Below are positions 18,153 to 27,460 of a DNA stretch of 64,000 nt, in pieces. The notes beneath the pieces were generated by a model that was not told where the DNA came from, searched no databases, and saw nothing but the letters and a program-made list of their open reading frames with translations. Both the position numbers and the translations under genes were made by a program. The stretch is from Alphaproteobacteria bacterium (lineage in GTDB: Bacteria > Pseudomonadota > Alphaproteobacteria > UBA2966), in contig OZ219856.1 in the NCBI GenBank assembly GCA_964291395.2, positions 640,001-704,000 of the forward strand, written 5' to 3'. Position 1 is the first letter of the stretch. The number at the start of each line of letters is the position of its first letter.

Positions 18153-20597
18153 ATGAAGTCTGAGGCGCGAGTCGTGGTGATCGGTGGCGGCGTGAACGGG
18201 GTCAGCGTCCTCTACCACCTGGCCAAGAAGGGGTGGACGGACGTCGTCCTGCTCGAGCGGACGGAGCTGACGGCGGGTTCGACTTGGCACGCGGCCGGTC
18301 TCTTGCCCCTCTTCAACATGAGCTATTCGGTCGGTCAGCTGCACCAGTATTCGGTGGAGCTCTACAAGACCCTGGAGGAAGAGACGGGCCAGGACGTGGG
18401 ATTCCACGTCAACGGCAATCTCCGCCTGGCGACCAACCGCGACCGCATGGACGAATACCGCAGCTACCAGTGCACGGCGGAGACCATCGGTGTCGACTGC
18501 CACCTCATCGGGGTCGACGAGATCAAGAAGCTCTGGCCGCTCTGCAACACGGAAGGTCTGGTGGGCGCGCTCTGGCATCCGACCGACGGACACATCGCCC
18601 CGGCCGATGTCACCATGGCCATGGCACGCGGCGCCCGTAACATGGGCGCGGAGATTCACCAGCAGACCGAAGTGACGGGAATCGAGCGCTCCGAATCGCT
18701 CGAATGGATCGTCAAGACGGTGCAAGGGAACATCCGCTGTGAGCACGTCGTGTGCGCGACCGGCAATTACGCCCGCCGGACCGCGAGCTGGGTGGGTCTC
18801 GAAATCCCCTCCGTGCCCGTCGAGCACCAGTACATCGTCACCGACGAGGTGCCCGAACTGAGGGCGTACCGCGAGGCCGGAAACGGCGAGCTGCCGGTGC
18901 TGCGCGAATCGGACGCCTCCTACTATTTCCGCGAGGAGCGGATGGGCTGGTTGCTCGGTCCCTACGAGCGCGGCGCGCCGGCCTGCTTCGTCGACGGGGT
19001 TCCTGCGACCTTCGAGAAGGATCTGTTTCCAGGCGATCTCGATCGCCTGCTGCCTCACGTGGAGGCCGCGGCCCGGCGCGTGCCCTCTTTTGAGAACGCC
19101 GGCATCAAGCAGATCATCAATGGGCCGATCCCTTATACGCCCGATGGCAATCCGATGGTCGGGCCGGCCTTCGGGCTTCCCAACTTCTGGCTCTCCGAAG
19201 GCCACAGTTTCGGGATCACCGCGGCTGGCGGCGGCGGCTGGCAGGTCGCCGAATGGATGATCGAGGGCGAGCCCAGCGTCGATATGATTGGCGTGGATCC
19301 GCGGCGATTCGGGGTGGTTTCCAAGAATTTCGCCAAGCTCAAGAACACGGAAGCCTACGAGCACGTTTTCATCATCCACTATCCGATGGAGGAACGCCCC
19401 GGGTGCCGTCCGGCAAAGGCGCCGCCCAGCTACGAGCGGATGGACCGCATGGGCGCGGTGTGGGGCCAGCGATTCGGCTGGGAGCGACCGAACTGGTTCG
19501 CACCGGAGGGGGTCGAGCGCAAGGACGCGTATTCCTTCCGCCGGTCCAATTGGTTCGAGCACGTCGGCAACGAGGTGCACGCGACCCGGGACCGGGCGGG
19601 ACTCATCGAGCTGTCGTCGTTCTCCAAGTTCGAAGCCGAAGGCCCCGGGGTGCGGGAGTGGCTGGATCGCCTCGTCGCCAACAACATCCCCAGAGGCGTC
19701 GGCCGCATTTCGCTCGCCCACGCCCTCAACCCGTCGGGCTCGATCCGGTCCGAGTTCACCATCACCCGCCTCTCCGACGGTCCCTGGGGCGAGCGTTTCT
19801 TCCTCGTGAGCGCAGGCGCCGCGCACGACTATGACCTCGACTTTCTCACGAAGCTGCTCCCCGGGGACGGCTCGGTTTATCTCAAGGATGTGACGACGCA
19901 GTACGGGGTGTTCGTTCTTGCCGGTCCGGAGGCGCGCAATATCCTGCAGCGGCTGGCGGACGCCGATGTCTCGAACGAGGCGTTTCCCTGGCTGACCGCC
20001 CGGGAGATTCCCGTCGGTTTCTGCCCCAGCGTGCGGACCTTGCGGGTGAACTTCGTGGGATCTCTGGGATGGGAGCTTCACCACCCGATCGAGTACCACA
20101 ACCACCTGTTCGACGCATTGATGGAGGCGGGTGAGGCTCAGGGCATCGGTCTCGTCGGGATGCGGGCGATGGACTCCATGCGCCTCGAGAAGTCGTATCG
20201 GCTGTGGGGAACCGACCTCAATCAGGAGAACACCATCTTCGAGGCCGGTCTCGAACGGTTCGTCCGGTTGAACAAACCGGCCTTCACGGGTCAGGAGGCG
20301 TTGATCGAGCAACGGCGGGCCGGCGTTCCCAACACTTTCTGCACGATCGAGATCGACGCAGACGACGCGGACTCGTTCGGCAACGAGCCGGTCTTCATGG
20401 ACGACGAGGTCGTCGGACGAGGAACCGCGGGCGGCTACGGCCACTACGTCAAGAAATCCCTCATGCTCGGATACGTCCGCTCCGATGCGGCGAAAGTCGG
20501 TCGCGACTGCCGAGTCCGGGTGCTCGATCAATTGCGCCCGGCGCGGATCATCTCCGACAGCCCTTACGATCCGGAAAACGCGGCCCTGCGTGCGTAA
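18153..20597 (+). CDS. FAD-dependent oxidoreductase with GcvT domain (dimethylglycine/sarcosine dehydrogenase family)
   Basis: SD GGAGG; VVVIGGGVNG, LTAGSTWHAAG, YTPDGNP, GWERPNWF, RLEKSYR, PYDPEN. Confidence 0.93.
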   Translation: MKSEARVVVIGGGVNGVSVLYHLAKKGWTDVVLLERTELTAGSTWHAAGLLPLFNMSYSVGQLHQYSVELYKTLEEETGQDVGFHVNGNLRLATNRDRMDEYRSYQCTAETIGVDCHLIGVDEIKKLWPLCNTEGLVGALWHPTDGHIAPADVTMAMARGARNMGAEIHQQTEVTGIERSESLEWIVKTVQGNIRCEHVVCATGNYARRTASWVGLEIPSVPVEHQYIVTDEVPELRAYREAGNGELPVLRESDASYYFREERMGWLLGPYERGAPACFVDGVPATFEKDLFPGDLDRLLPHVEAAARRVPSFENAGIKQIINGPIPYTPDGNPMVGPAFGLPNFWLSEGHSFGITAAGGGGWQVAEWMIEGEPSVDMIGVDPRRFGVVSKNFAKLKNTEAYEHVFIIHYPMEERPGCRPAKAPPSYERMDRMGAVWGQRFGWERPNWFAPEGVERKDAYSFRRSNWFEHVGNEVHATRDRAGLIELSSFSKFEAEGPGVREWLDRLVANNIPRGVGRISLAHALNPSGSIRSEFTITRLSDGPWGERFFLVSAGAAHDYDLDFLTKLLPGDGSVYLKDVTTQYGVFVLAGPEARNILQRLADADVSNEAFPWLTAREIPVGFCPSVRTLRVNFVGSLGWELHHPIEYHNHLFDALMEAGEAQGIGLVGMRAMDSMRLEKSYRLWGTDLNQENTIFEAGLERFVRLNKPAFTGQEALIEQRRAGVPNTFCTIEIDADDADSFGNEPVFMDDEVVGRGTAGGYGHYVKKSLMLGYVRSDAAKVGRDCRVRVLDQLRPARIISDSPYDPENAALRA

Positions 20598-20796
20598 AGC
20601 GAACCGTGCGTCGGTCATGGCTGGGGCGCTTGGGCTCAGGGCGCCATAGAGGCCGCGCCGCGGCCCGCCCCCCGGCGCGCCCACGCGTCCTGGACCGCGG
20701 TTGCAGCCCGCGCCGCGCCGCCGTAACCTTTTCGGCGATTGCGGCGGGACCGATTGCCAAGTCGTGGCCGATGGATGGAACCGGAGGGACGCATCG

Positions 20797-20970
20797 ATGA
20801 GCGACGGAAACCAGAATGGTGGCGAGGACGGCGGTGGAGAAGGCCGGGACCCTCGAGATCAATCCTTCCTGAGCCGGCACGGGTGCCTCATCACGATCGT
20901 CGTCGTCTTGCTCATCGGCGCGGCGGCGGGTCTGTGGGGATTCATCTCATGGCTCGAACGCGGGAATTGA
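20797..20970 (+). CDS. Small single-TM protein (57 aa)
   Basis: SD GGAGG; acidic N-terminus, then GCLITIVVVLLIGAAAGLWGFISW. Confidence 0.6.
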   Translation: MSDGNQNGGEDGGGEGRDPRDQSFLSRHGCLITIVVVLLIGAAAGLWGFISWLERGN

Positions 20971-20998
20971 TCTTGGCCAAACGGTCTCCGTTTCCGGC

Positions 20999-22042
20999 GT
21001 GAAGGTATCCGTCCGCACGCGCGGCGAGTCGTTCGAATTCGATTGCGCCGAGGGGGAGAAGATCCTCCATGCCGGCCTTCGTGCCGGTATCGGTCTCCCC
21101 TACGAGTGCGGCAGCGGCACCTGTGGAACCTGCAAGGCCGAGGTGGGCAAGGGCGAGATCGACGAGGGCTGGCTCGACGCGCCGGGCCGGGCCTACGTCA
21201 AATCCGAAAAATCGGAGTTCCTCATGTGCCAGGCCACGGCGCTCGGCGACTGCGCCATCGGCGTGCGCGCCAACGTCGCACGACTGGCCGGCGATATCCC
21301 GGTACCCGAGGCGATGACGGGGCGCATCACGAAAGTCGAAGGACTCACCCACGACGTTTGCCGCGTCGCGATCACGATCGACGGTCCGGTTTCCTTCAAC
21401 GCGGGCCAGTTCATGCTCGTCGGCACCGCGGCCGTGGAGGGCCAGCGTGCCTACTCGATGGCCGACTATCGAACCTCGACGGACCGACTCGCGTTCGTCG
21501 TCAAGCAGGTCCCGGAGGGCGGATTCACCGACTGGCTGTTCGCCGAGGACCGGACCGGAGCCGAGCTCAGTCTCTTCGGGCCGCTCGGCGTCGCGACCTA
21601 TGCACCTTCGTTGCCCAACGACCTCGTCTGCATCGCCGGCGGCTCGGGTCTCGCGCCGATGCTGTCGATACTCGACCACGCGATCGAGGCGGGACATTTC
21701 GAGGCTTACGAAGGGGATTTGTTCTTCGGTGTCCGCACGGAACGCGACATCTACCTTCTCGACCACCTCAAGGCCTACGCGGGCCATGATCCGGAGAGGC
21801 TGAGGGTTACGGTCGTCCTGTCGGATGCCGCGCCGACGGCGGAACTGGTGGCGGCACATCCGGAACTCCGGTTCGACGAGGGCTTCGTGCACGAAGCCGC
21901 GATGCGCCGCATGACCGGACGCTGGGACGGCGTGATGGCCTACCTCGCGGGCCCGCCGCCGATGGTCGACGCGACGCTGCGGGCCCTGGTCATGGAGGCG
22001 AGGTTGACTCCGTCGGCGATCCGTTACGACAAGTTCAGTTGA
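20999..22042 (+). CDS. Oxygenase reductase (2Fe-2S/FAD/NAD), TmoF/XylA-like
   Basis: YECGSGTCGTC...LMCQ, RAYS, IAGGSGLAP, YLAGPPPMV, C-terminal RYDKF. Confidence 0.92.
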   Translation: MKVSVRTRGESFEFDCAEGEKILHAGLRAGIGLPYECGSGTCGTCKAEVGKGEIDEGWLDAPGRAYVKSEKSEFLMCQATALGDCAIGVRANVARLAGDIPVPEAMTGRITKVEGLTHDVCRVAITIDGPVSFNAGQFMLVGTAAVEGQRAYSMADYRTSTDRLAFVVKQVPEGGFTDWLFAEDRTGAELSLFGPLGVATYAPSLPNDLVCIAGGSGLAPMLSILDHAIEAGHFEAYEGDLFFGVRTERDIYLLDHLKAYAGHDPERLRVTVVLSDAAPTAELVAAHPELRFDEGFVHEAAMRRMTGRWDGVMAYLAGPPPMVDATLRALVMEARLTPSAIRYDKFS

Positions 22043-22127
22043 GCCTTGCCGGAGGCGGCGGCCCGTTGTGAAGAGCAGGCCGGGCCGCTAGGTTCCGGCG
22101 GTGAACCAGGGCGCGGAGGTGATCCAC

Positions 22128-22457
22128 ATGAGCTGGCAACGGGTTTGCGCCGTCGACGATGTCGACGAAGAAGAACTGCACGAGTTCGAGATCGGCGATA
22201 TCACCATCCTCGTTGCCAACGCCGGCGGGGAATTCTTCGCCTATCCCCCGTTTTGTCCGCACCAGGAGACGCCGCTCTCCCTCGGCATGATCGACGGCGA
22301 TACGCTCACCTGCATCAAGCACCTCTGGCAGTGGAACATGAAGACCGGCGAGATGCGGGAGAATGCCGAGAGTCCGCTGCTCCTCTATGAGGTCAAGGTC
22401 GAGGACGGCGCCGTGCTCGTGAATCTGGAGAAAGAGCTCAGGTACGACTACCAATGA
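22128..22457 (+). CDS. Rieske ferredoxin (TmoC-like)
   Basis: SD GGAGGTG; CPHQ...LTCIKHLWQWNMKTG. Confidence 0.92.
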   Translation: MSWQRVCAVDDVDEEELHEFEIGDITILVANAGGEFFAYPPFCPHQETPLSLGMIDGDTLTCIKHLWQWNMKTGEMRENAESPLLLYEVKVEDGAVLVNLEKELRYDYQ

Positions 22458-22486
22458 CACGCGGGCCCGCAGAATGGTGCCGGCAC

Positions 22487-22554
22487 CCCGCCCAACCCGG
22501 CGGGGCGAAGCGGGACAAGCCGAGACTAGGCGAGACTAGGCGAAAAAGGTTGTG
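22487..22554 (+). repeat. ~68-bp intergenic element, copy 2
   Basis: CCCGCCCAACCCGGCGGGGCGAAGCGGGACAAGCCGAGACTAGGCGAGACTAGGCGAAAAAGGTTGTG; contains tandem CGAGACTAGG. Confidence 0.85.
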
Positions 22555-22664
22555 TCGCCGTTCACCGCGATTGCGGCATTCTCCAGAATGTCGTATCGTT
22601 GCGCGTTAGGTCAGAATTATTGACCTAAGGATCGAGGAAACGCCTTACATTCCGGGGATTTAGC

Positions 22665-23900
22665 ATGGCGCGTACAGCTGAAGAACACCTCTCTCCGCCC
22701 AGTGTTCAGAGTGACGCCTACGTCCACTCGTCCGTCTATACCGATCCGGACATCTTCGCGGAGGAAGAAGAGAAGATCCTGCGCCGCACTTGGAAATTCG
22801 TCTGCCACGTCAGCGAAGTCGCGGCGGTCGGCGACTTCCGAGCCCACCAGTGGACCGGCGTACCGCTGGTCACCGTGCGCGGCAACGATGACGGGATCCG
22901 CACCTTCGTGAACACCTGCTCGCACCGCGGCGCCAAGATCGTGCGCGAGCCGGCCGGCAACATGAAGCACATGACGTGCTTCTTCCATATGTGGGAATAC
23001 GACCTGTTCGGCAACTGCACCTATCAACCCCGCGGGGAAGCCTACGAGGAGTTGGGCCCGGCCAGGGAAGACCTCTCGCTTCGCGAGATTCGCACGGACG
23101 TTTTCGCCGGCCTCGTGTTCATCAACTTCGACGGCAACGCGGAATCGTTGCGCGACTACATCGGCGAGGCGGGGGAGCCCTTCGAGAAGATCTTCAACAA
23201 CCACGAGCTGGAGGTCTTCCACTACAACCAGACCCACGTGCGCGGGAACTGGAAGGCCTGGTATCTCACCAATTGCGACCTCTATCACGAATGGTCCCAC
23301 CTGGTGAACCGTACCACCAGCGTGTTGACTCCGGGCTATCACGACCGCCCCTGGCGGATACAGCGGAACGGCCACGGGTACAGCGCGCAGCGGATCGACG
23401 GCAGTCCGTTCCAGGTCGAGTACAAGAAATACAAGAGCTGGAAGAACCGCAACGACCTCGTGTTCGAGGGTCTGGCGCCGGGCGAGTTCCGGGTTACCGA
23501 TATTTTCCCGAATCTGTCGGTCTTCTTCCGCGCCACCTGCATCCGCCTCAACCATTCGACGCCGATCGCACCGGGTCACACGGTCATGGAGGAGCGCGGG
23601 CTCGGCATCAAGGGCGAGTCGAAGGAGGATCGCAGAATCCGCTCGAAGCAGTTCGTCCAGATCTGGGGGCCGTTCAGCCGCAACGCATCGGAGGACTGCG
23701 CCTACGTCGAGGCGACGCATGCCTGCCAGGAGAACGGAGCGAATCCCTACGACCTGATGTCCCGCGTGGAGTACTTCGACGACGGGACGCACGAGCGCAC
23801 CCACAGCGACACCTACCTGCGTCACTTCTATGGAGAGTGGGGAAGGCTCATGGGACGGCCCGCCAACAATCCCAGGAACTTCATGGCGGCGGCCGAGTAG
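22665..23900 (+). CDS. Rieske non-heme iron oxygenase alpha subunit, methanesulfonate monooxygenase MsmA-like
   Basis: CSH-X17-CFFH Rieske site; EVFHY...TNCDLYHEWSHLVNR; WGPFSRNASED; RHFYGEWGRLMG, resembling MsmA from recall. Confidence 0.85.
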   Translation: MARTAEEHLSPPSVQSDAYVHSSVYTDPDIFAEEEEKILRRTWKFVCHVSEVAAVGDFRAHQWTGVPLVTVRGNDDGIRTFVNTCSHRGAKIVREPAGNMKHMTCFFHMWEYDLFGNCTYQPRGEAYEELGPAREDLSLREIRTDVFAGLVFINFDGNAESLRDYIGEAGEPFEKIFNNHELEVFHYNQTHVRGNWKAWYLTNCDLYHEWSHLVNRTTSVLTPGYHDRPWRIQRNGHGYSAQRIDGSPFQVEYKKYKSWKNRNDLVFEGLAPGEFRVTDIFPNLSVFFRATCIRLNHSTPIAPGHTVMEERGLGIKGESKEDRRIRSKQFVQIWGPFSRNASEDCAYVEATHACQENGANPYDLMSRVEYFDDGTHERTHSDTYLRHFYGEWGRLMGRPANNPRNFMAAAE

Positions 23901-23906
23901 CGCTTT

Positions 23907-23947
23907 GAATTCCGGAGCGGGTCCCGAAGGCCCGCTCCGTCGGATTC
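23907..23947 (+). other. GC-rich intercistronic stem-loop
   Basis: CGGAGCGGG...CCCGCTCCG stem, no U-tract. Confidence 0.5.
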
Positions 23948-23958
23948 GACTGACTGCG

Positions 23959-24417
23959 ATGACGATCACCGACGATCAGATCAGGAATTTGATCCATAAA
24001 TCGTGCCGGCTTCTCGATGCCGAGGAGTTCGACGACTACCTCGATCTCTATACGGAGGAGTTCGAGTACAGGATCACCAACTACTCCCGCGAAATCCGCA
24101 AGGAGCAGGAGTGGATGGACGTCAGCCGGGGCGAAATGAAGGGGCTGCTGGCCAACGTGCCCCTGCACTTTCGTTTGCTCGGCAGCTTCATGCGTCACGC
24201 CACGGTCTACGAGATCGAGCGCGACGGCGCCGATACCGCCAAGGCGCTCACGTACGTGACCATCTATTACACGACACCCGAGGGCGCGACGAGCGTCTGG
24301 GCGGTCGGTCGCTACCACGACGTGATCGACGTCTCCGGAGATACGCCGCTGATCGCCGATCGGAACATGAAGCTCGAGACCCGCGAGGTGGGCATCGGCA
24401 CCCATCTGCCGATGTAG
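23959..24417 (+). CDS. Oxygenase beta subunit, MsmB-like (NTF2 fold)
   Basis: LIHKSCRLLD.EEF..YL...FEYRITNYSREIRKEQEW...RHATVY...VGRYHD...LETREVGIGTHLP. Confidence 0.85.
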   Translation: MTITDDQIRNLIHKSCRLLDAEEFDDYLDLYTEEFEYRITNYSREIRKEQEWMDVSRGEMKGLLANVPLHFRLLGSFMRHATVYEIERDGADTAKALTYVTIYYTTPEGATSVWAVGRYHDVIDVSGDTPLIADRNMKLETREVGIGTHLPM

Positions 24418-24537
24418 ACGCCGGCGCGCAGGCGCTTCAGGATGACGTCGCGCTCAGGCTCGGCCGCCGCTCGTAGGCCAAGGCTGCCGTGCCGCCGTCA
24501 TGCCGGCGGCAGTTGAATTCAGTGGGAGGGTGATCCG

Positions 24538-24969
24538 GTGAAACCGACCGAACGCATGGAGATGGAGTGGGAGCTGCGGCGCCTCAACGACGACTACGTC
24601 CGCTACGCCGACAGGCAGGATTTCGATTCGTTCGTCACCCTGTTCACGGGGGATGCCGTGCTCGAGATCGGCGGCGTCGAGCGCCATGGCCACGACGCCA
24701 TCAAGGGTCATTTCGCCGATCGCGAACAGATGGTGACTCGCCACTTCTGCACCAATTACTGGTACGAGCCGGTCGACAAGGACACGGCCCGGGGCGAGGT
24801 CTACCTCGCCGTCTATCGCTGTGCGGGTCCGCACACCGAGGCCGACGGCCCGATCCCCTATGACCGGCCCGACTGGATCGGTGAGTATCACGACACGTAC
24901 GTGCGCACGGCCGACGGCTGGAAGTTCTCCGAACGCCGCCTCAGGGTCCGCTTCGAGAAGGTGCCGTAG
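24538..24969 (+). CDS. SnoaL-like/NTF2 family protein
   Basis: Y..YADRQDFD.F..LFT.DA...GHDAI...TRHFCTN...GEYHDTYVRTADGWKFSER. Confidence 0.85.
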   Translation: MKPTERMEMEWELRRLNDDYVRYADRQDFDSFVTLFTGDAVLEIGGVERHGHDAIKGHFADREQMVTRHFCTNYWYEPVDKDTARGEVYLAVYRCAGPHTEADGPIPYDRPDWIGEYHDTYVRTADGWKFSERRLRVRFEKVP

Positions 24970-25024
24970 GGATCGGGCTCGGCGGCCCGCCTCCCTTCTC
25001 CGGTGCTCCGGCGGTCGTGCCGGC

Positions 25025-26344
25025 CTAGCGCACCGCCTGCTTGGGGATCTCCTTCTTCGGGTCCTTGAAGGGCACCGGAACGACTTCCGCATCCACGGGC
25101 CCGTCTTCGGCCGGCAGCACCGCCTTCAGCCGGGTGCCGGTCCTGGCGTAGGCGGCGGGCAGGGTCGCGAGGGCGATGTTGGTGTTGTGGGTCGGCGACC
25201 AGAAGGCGCTGGTGATGTAACCGATCTCCTGGCCCGAGCGGCTGGTCACGTACCAGAAATCCTCGTTGTACCAGGTGATGGGGCTGCCCCCGATCTTCAG
25301 GCCGGCGAGCTTCTGCTTCACGCCCGTCTTCTTGATCTTCTGAAGCGCCGACTTGCCGATGAAGTCGTCCTTCGAGAAATCGACCTGCCAGCCGAGGCCG
25401 ACCTCGAACGGGTTGGTCTCGATGTCCATGTCCTGGCCGTAGGACAGGATGCCGGCTTCCAGGCGGCGGATGTGGCTCGGGGCGATGACCCGCAGGTTGT
25501 ACTGCTCGCCCGCTCTCTTGATCGCGTGCCACATCTCGTCGGCATGGCGTGTGGCATCGCGCAGGTAGATCTCGTAGCCGACCTCGCCGGAGAACCCCGT
25601 TCGTGAGATCACGACCTTCGACCGACCGAGTCTGGCGTGCATCAGGCCGTAATAGGGGATGTTGAGGACCTTGCGCCCGAACAGCTTGGTCATCAGCTTG
25701 ACGGACTTGGGACCCTGGATCTGCACCGGCGAGACGTCGATCTCCCTGATCGTCACGTCGTGGCCCGAAAAGGCGTTGACGCCCTGCGCCCACAGCAAAA
25801 CGTCCGAATCCGAGATGCTGAACCAGAATTCGTCCTCCGCGACCCGCAGCAGCACCGGGTCGTTGATGATGCCGCCCTCGTGATTGCAGAGGATGACGTA
25901 GCGACACATGTTCGTCGGCAGCTTCTTGTGGACGTCGCGGGTGATCAGCAGGTTCACGAACTCCGCGGCGTCCGGCCCCTTGACCTGTATCTGCCGCTCC
26001 ACCGCGACGTTCCACATCGTCACGTGCCTGGTGAGGTATTCGTACTCCTTCATCAAGCCGCCCTGCATCATGCTGACGTAGGCCCGCGGATGATACATGT
26101 GGTTGTAGACGGTGTAGGCCCAGCAGCCTTCCTGATGGGAGAGGTGCCAGTAGGGGCTCTTGCGAGCCCGGGTCGAGATCAGCATGCGGGCTTCGCTGTT
26201 GCCGCTCTGGCGCAGGTTGACGGGAACGCTGCGCTTCTTGATATCGATGACCGGCGGACGCTTGACCTTGGGTTTGCGGGCGGTCTTCGGTGCCCTGACG
26301 GTCTTGGCTGTGGAAGATTCGAGAAGCATGGATCTTGGTGCCAT
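25025..26344 (-). CDS. GcvT family aminomethyltransferase, DmdA-related demethylase
   Basis: RKSPY...YTVYNHMYHP...WNVAVERQIQVKGPDA, GGIINDPVLLR, SRTGFSGEVGYEIY, RRLEAGILSYG, PFKDPKK; start uncertain. Confidence 0.88.
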   Translation of the reverse strand: MAPRSMLLESSTAKTVRAPKTARKPKVKRPPVIDIKKRSVPVNLRQSGNSEARMLISTRARKSPYWHLSHQEGCWAYTVYNHMYHPRAYVSMMQGGLMKEYEYLTRHVTMWNVAVERQIQVKGPDAAEFVNLLITRDVHKKLPTNMCRYVILCNHEGGIINDPVLLRVAEDEFWFSISDSDVLLWAQGVNAFSGHDVTIREIDVSPVQIQGPKSVKLMTKLFGRKVLNIPYYGLMHARLGRSKVVISRTGFSGEVGYEIYLRDATRHADEMWHAIKRAGEQYNLRVIAPSHIRRLEAGILSYGQDMDIETNPFEVGLGWQVDFSKDDFIGKSALQKIKKTGVKQKLAGLKIGGSPITWYNEDFWYVTSRSGQEIGYITSAFWSPTHNTNIALATLPAAYARTGTRLKAVLPAEDGPVDAEVVPVPFKDPKKEIPKQAVR

Positions 26345-26537
26345 GGCGACGACCCCTGTGAACGACGGACATTCTGGACTCGGAAGGGACGCGCGACCGC
26401 GCGTCCCTTTCCTGTCGTTCGAAATATCCGCTGCCCCGGTGCCGGCGTCTGTTCCCGGCGCGACACGCGGGGCGCCAGGAACAGCACAAACGCGACGAGT
26501 CCGGCAGGAGCGATCGGCTCGAGCGGGGACCCGCTGC

Positions 26538-26588
26538 GCAGGGGGCGGAATTCGCCGACGGACGTGCGTCCCGCCCGCCGTCGCGCTA
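26538..26588. repeat. 51-bp direct repeat, left copy flanking TA module
   Basis: GCAGGGGGCGGAATTCGCCGACGGACGTGCGTCCCGCCCGCCGTCGCGCTA; 2 mismatches to 27484-27534. Confidence 0.9.
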
Positions 26589-27002
26589 CGCGCCGCCGGG
26601 TGCATCCAGCCCGACGGCCTGTGCCGCAGCGGCCAGCGTCCGGTCCAGGGTCGCAAGGGGCAGCCGCATGCGCAGCGCGAGCTCGAGATACATGGCATCG
26701 TAGACGGAGAGGCTGTGCTCGCCGGCGAGAGCGAGCGCCGGACCCCATGCGCGGGATGCGGATACGGGGTCGATCTCGATGGGCAGCGCTTCCAGACTGG
26801 CGCACACGGCAGGCCACTCGTCCGCGCGAAGGCGGCCGCGTTTGGTAGCTGCGAGCAGCACACTGCCGACCTCGACCGGCCAGAGGGAGGGGACGAAGGC
26901 GCGGTCGTCGATGAGCGAGTCCCGCAAGCGGGCCGTCGCCTCGGTCGCCTCGTCGGGGAACACCCATGCCATGGCGACCGAGCAGTCGAGGACGAAGGGC
27001 AT
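26586..27002 (-). CDS. vapC: PIN-domain toxin
   Basis: FVLDCSVAMAWVFPDE...WPVEV...LSVYDAMYLELA...LATLD. Confidence 0.92.
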   Translation of the reverse strand: MPFVLDCSVAMAWVFPDEATEATARLRDSLIDDRAFVPSLWPVEVGSVLLAATKRGRLRADEWPAVCASLEALPIEIDPVSASRAWGPALALAGEHSLSVYDAMYLELALRMRLPLATLDRTLAAAAQAVGLDAPGGA

Positions 27003-27253
27003 CAGTACCTGCGCGCTTCCTCGACGATGCGGCGCACCGACAGTCCTCCGAGGCTGTGGGTCTCCTGGAACGCTCTCAGGGTGTCGATCGCGCTCCGCAC
27101 CTTGGCGGCATCGCGCTGCCGGAAGGGAATGAGTTCGGCCACCGGGCGGCTGTGCCTGGTGATGACGAAGCGTTCGCCCGCCTCGACGCGCTGGAGCAGC
27201 TTGGGCAAATGGGTCTTGGCCTCGAATGCGCCGATCTCGGACACGGCATGCAC
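27002..27253 (-). CDS. Phd/YefM family antitoxin
   Basis: IGAFEAKTHLPKLLQRVEAGERFVITRHSRPVAELIP; TGATG overlap with toxin. Confidence 0.92.
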   Translation of the reverse strand: MHAVSEIGAFEAKTHLPKLLQRVEAGERFVITRHSRPVAELIPFRQRDAAKVRSAIDTLRAFQETHSLGGLSVRRIVEEARRY

Positions 27254-27276
27254 CTCCTGAATAACGTTCCGTTCAC

Positions 27277-27293
27277 ACCAGTCTCAGACTGGT
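27277..27293. promoter_or_regulatory. TA operon operator palindrome
   Basis: ACCAGTCT-C-AGACTGGT just upstream of the antitoxin. Confidence 0.65.
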
Positions 27294-27460
27294 CCAAAGA
27301 GGTGTCGCGGTCAAGTGACCAGCTTGCCCATTCAGAGATGGTGGCGGGCCGTCATTCCTGTCGGCTGAATTGCAGGGTCGTCTTCAGTAGCCAGGCAAAC
27401 TGGCAGGGTTTGACGTCGATCTCGTCGGCGCGGCGGCGCTTCGCGTGGCTGTCGTAGAAT

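Noticed and set aside
18096-20684. 862-aa minus-strand ORF
   Set aside because: Antisense shadow of the dimethylglycine dehydrogenase-like gene; expected in high-GC DNA and has no motifs.
26345-26540. Glycine or other riboswitch upstream of the GcvT-family gene
   Set aside because: No recognisable aptamer consensus by eye; an Infernal search would be needed.
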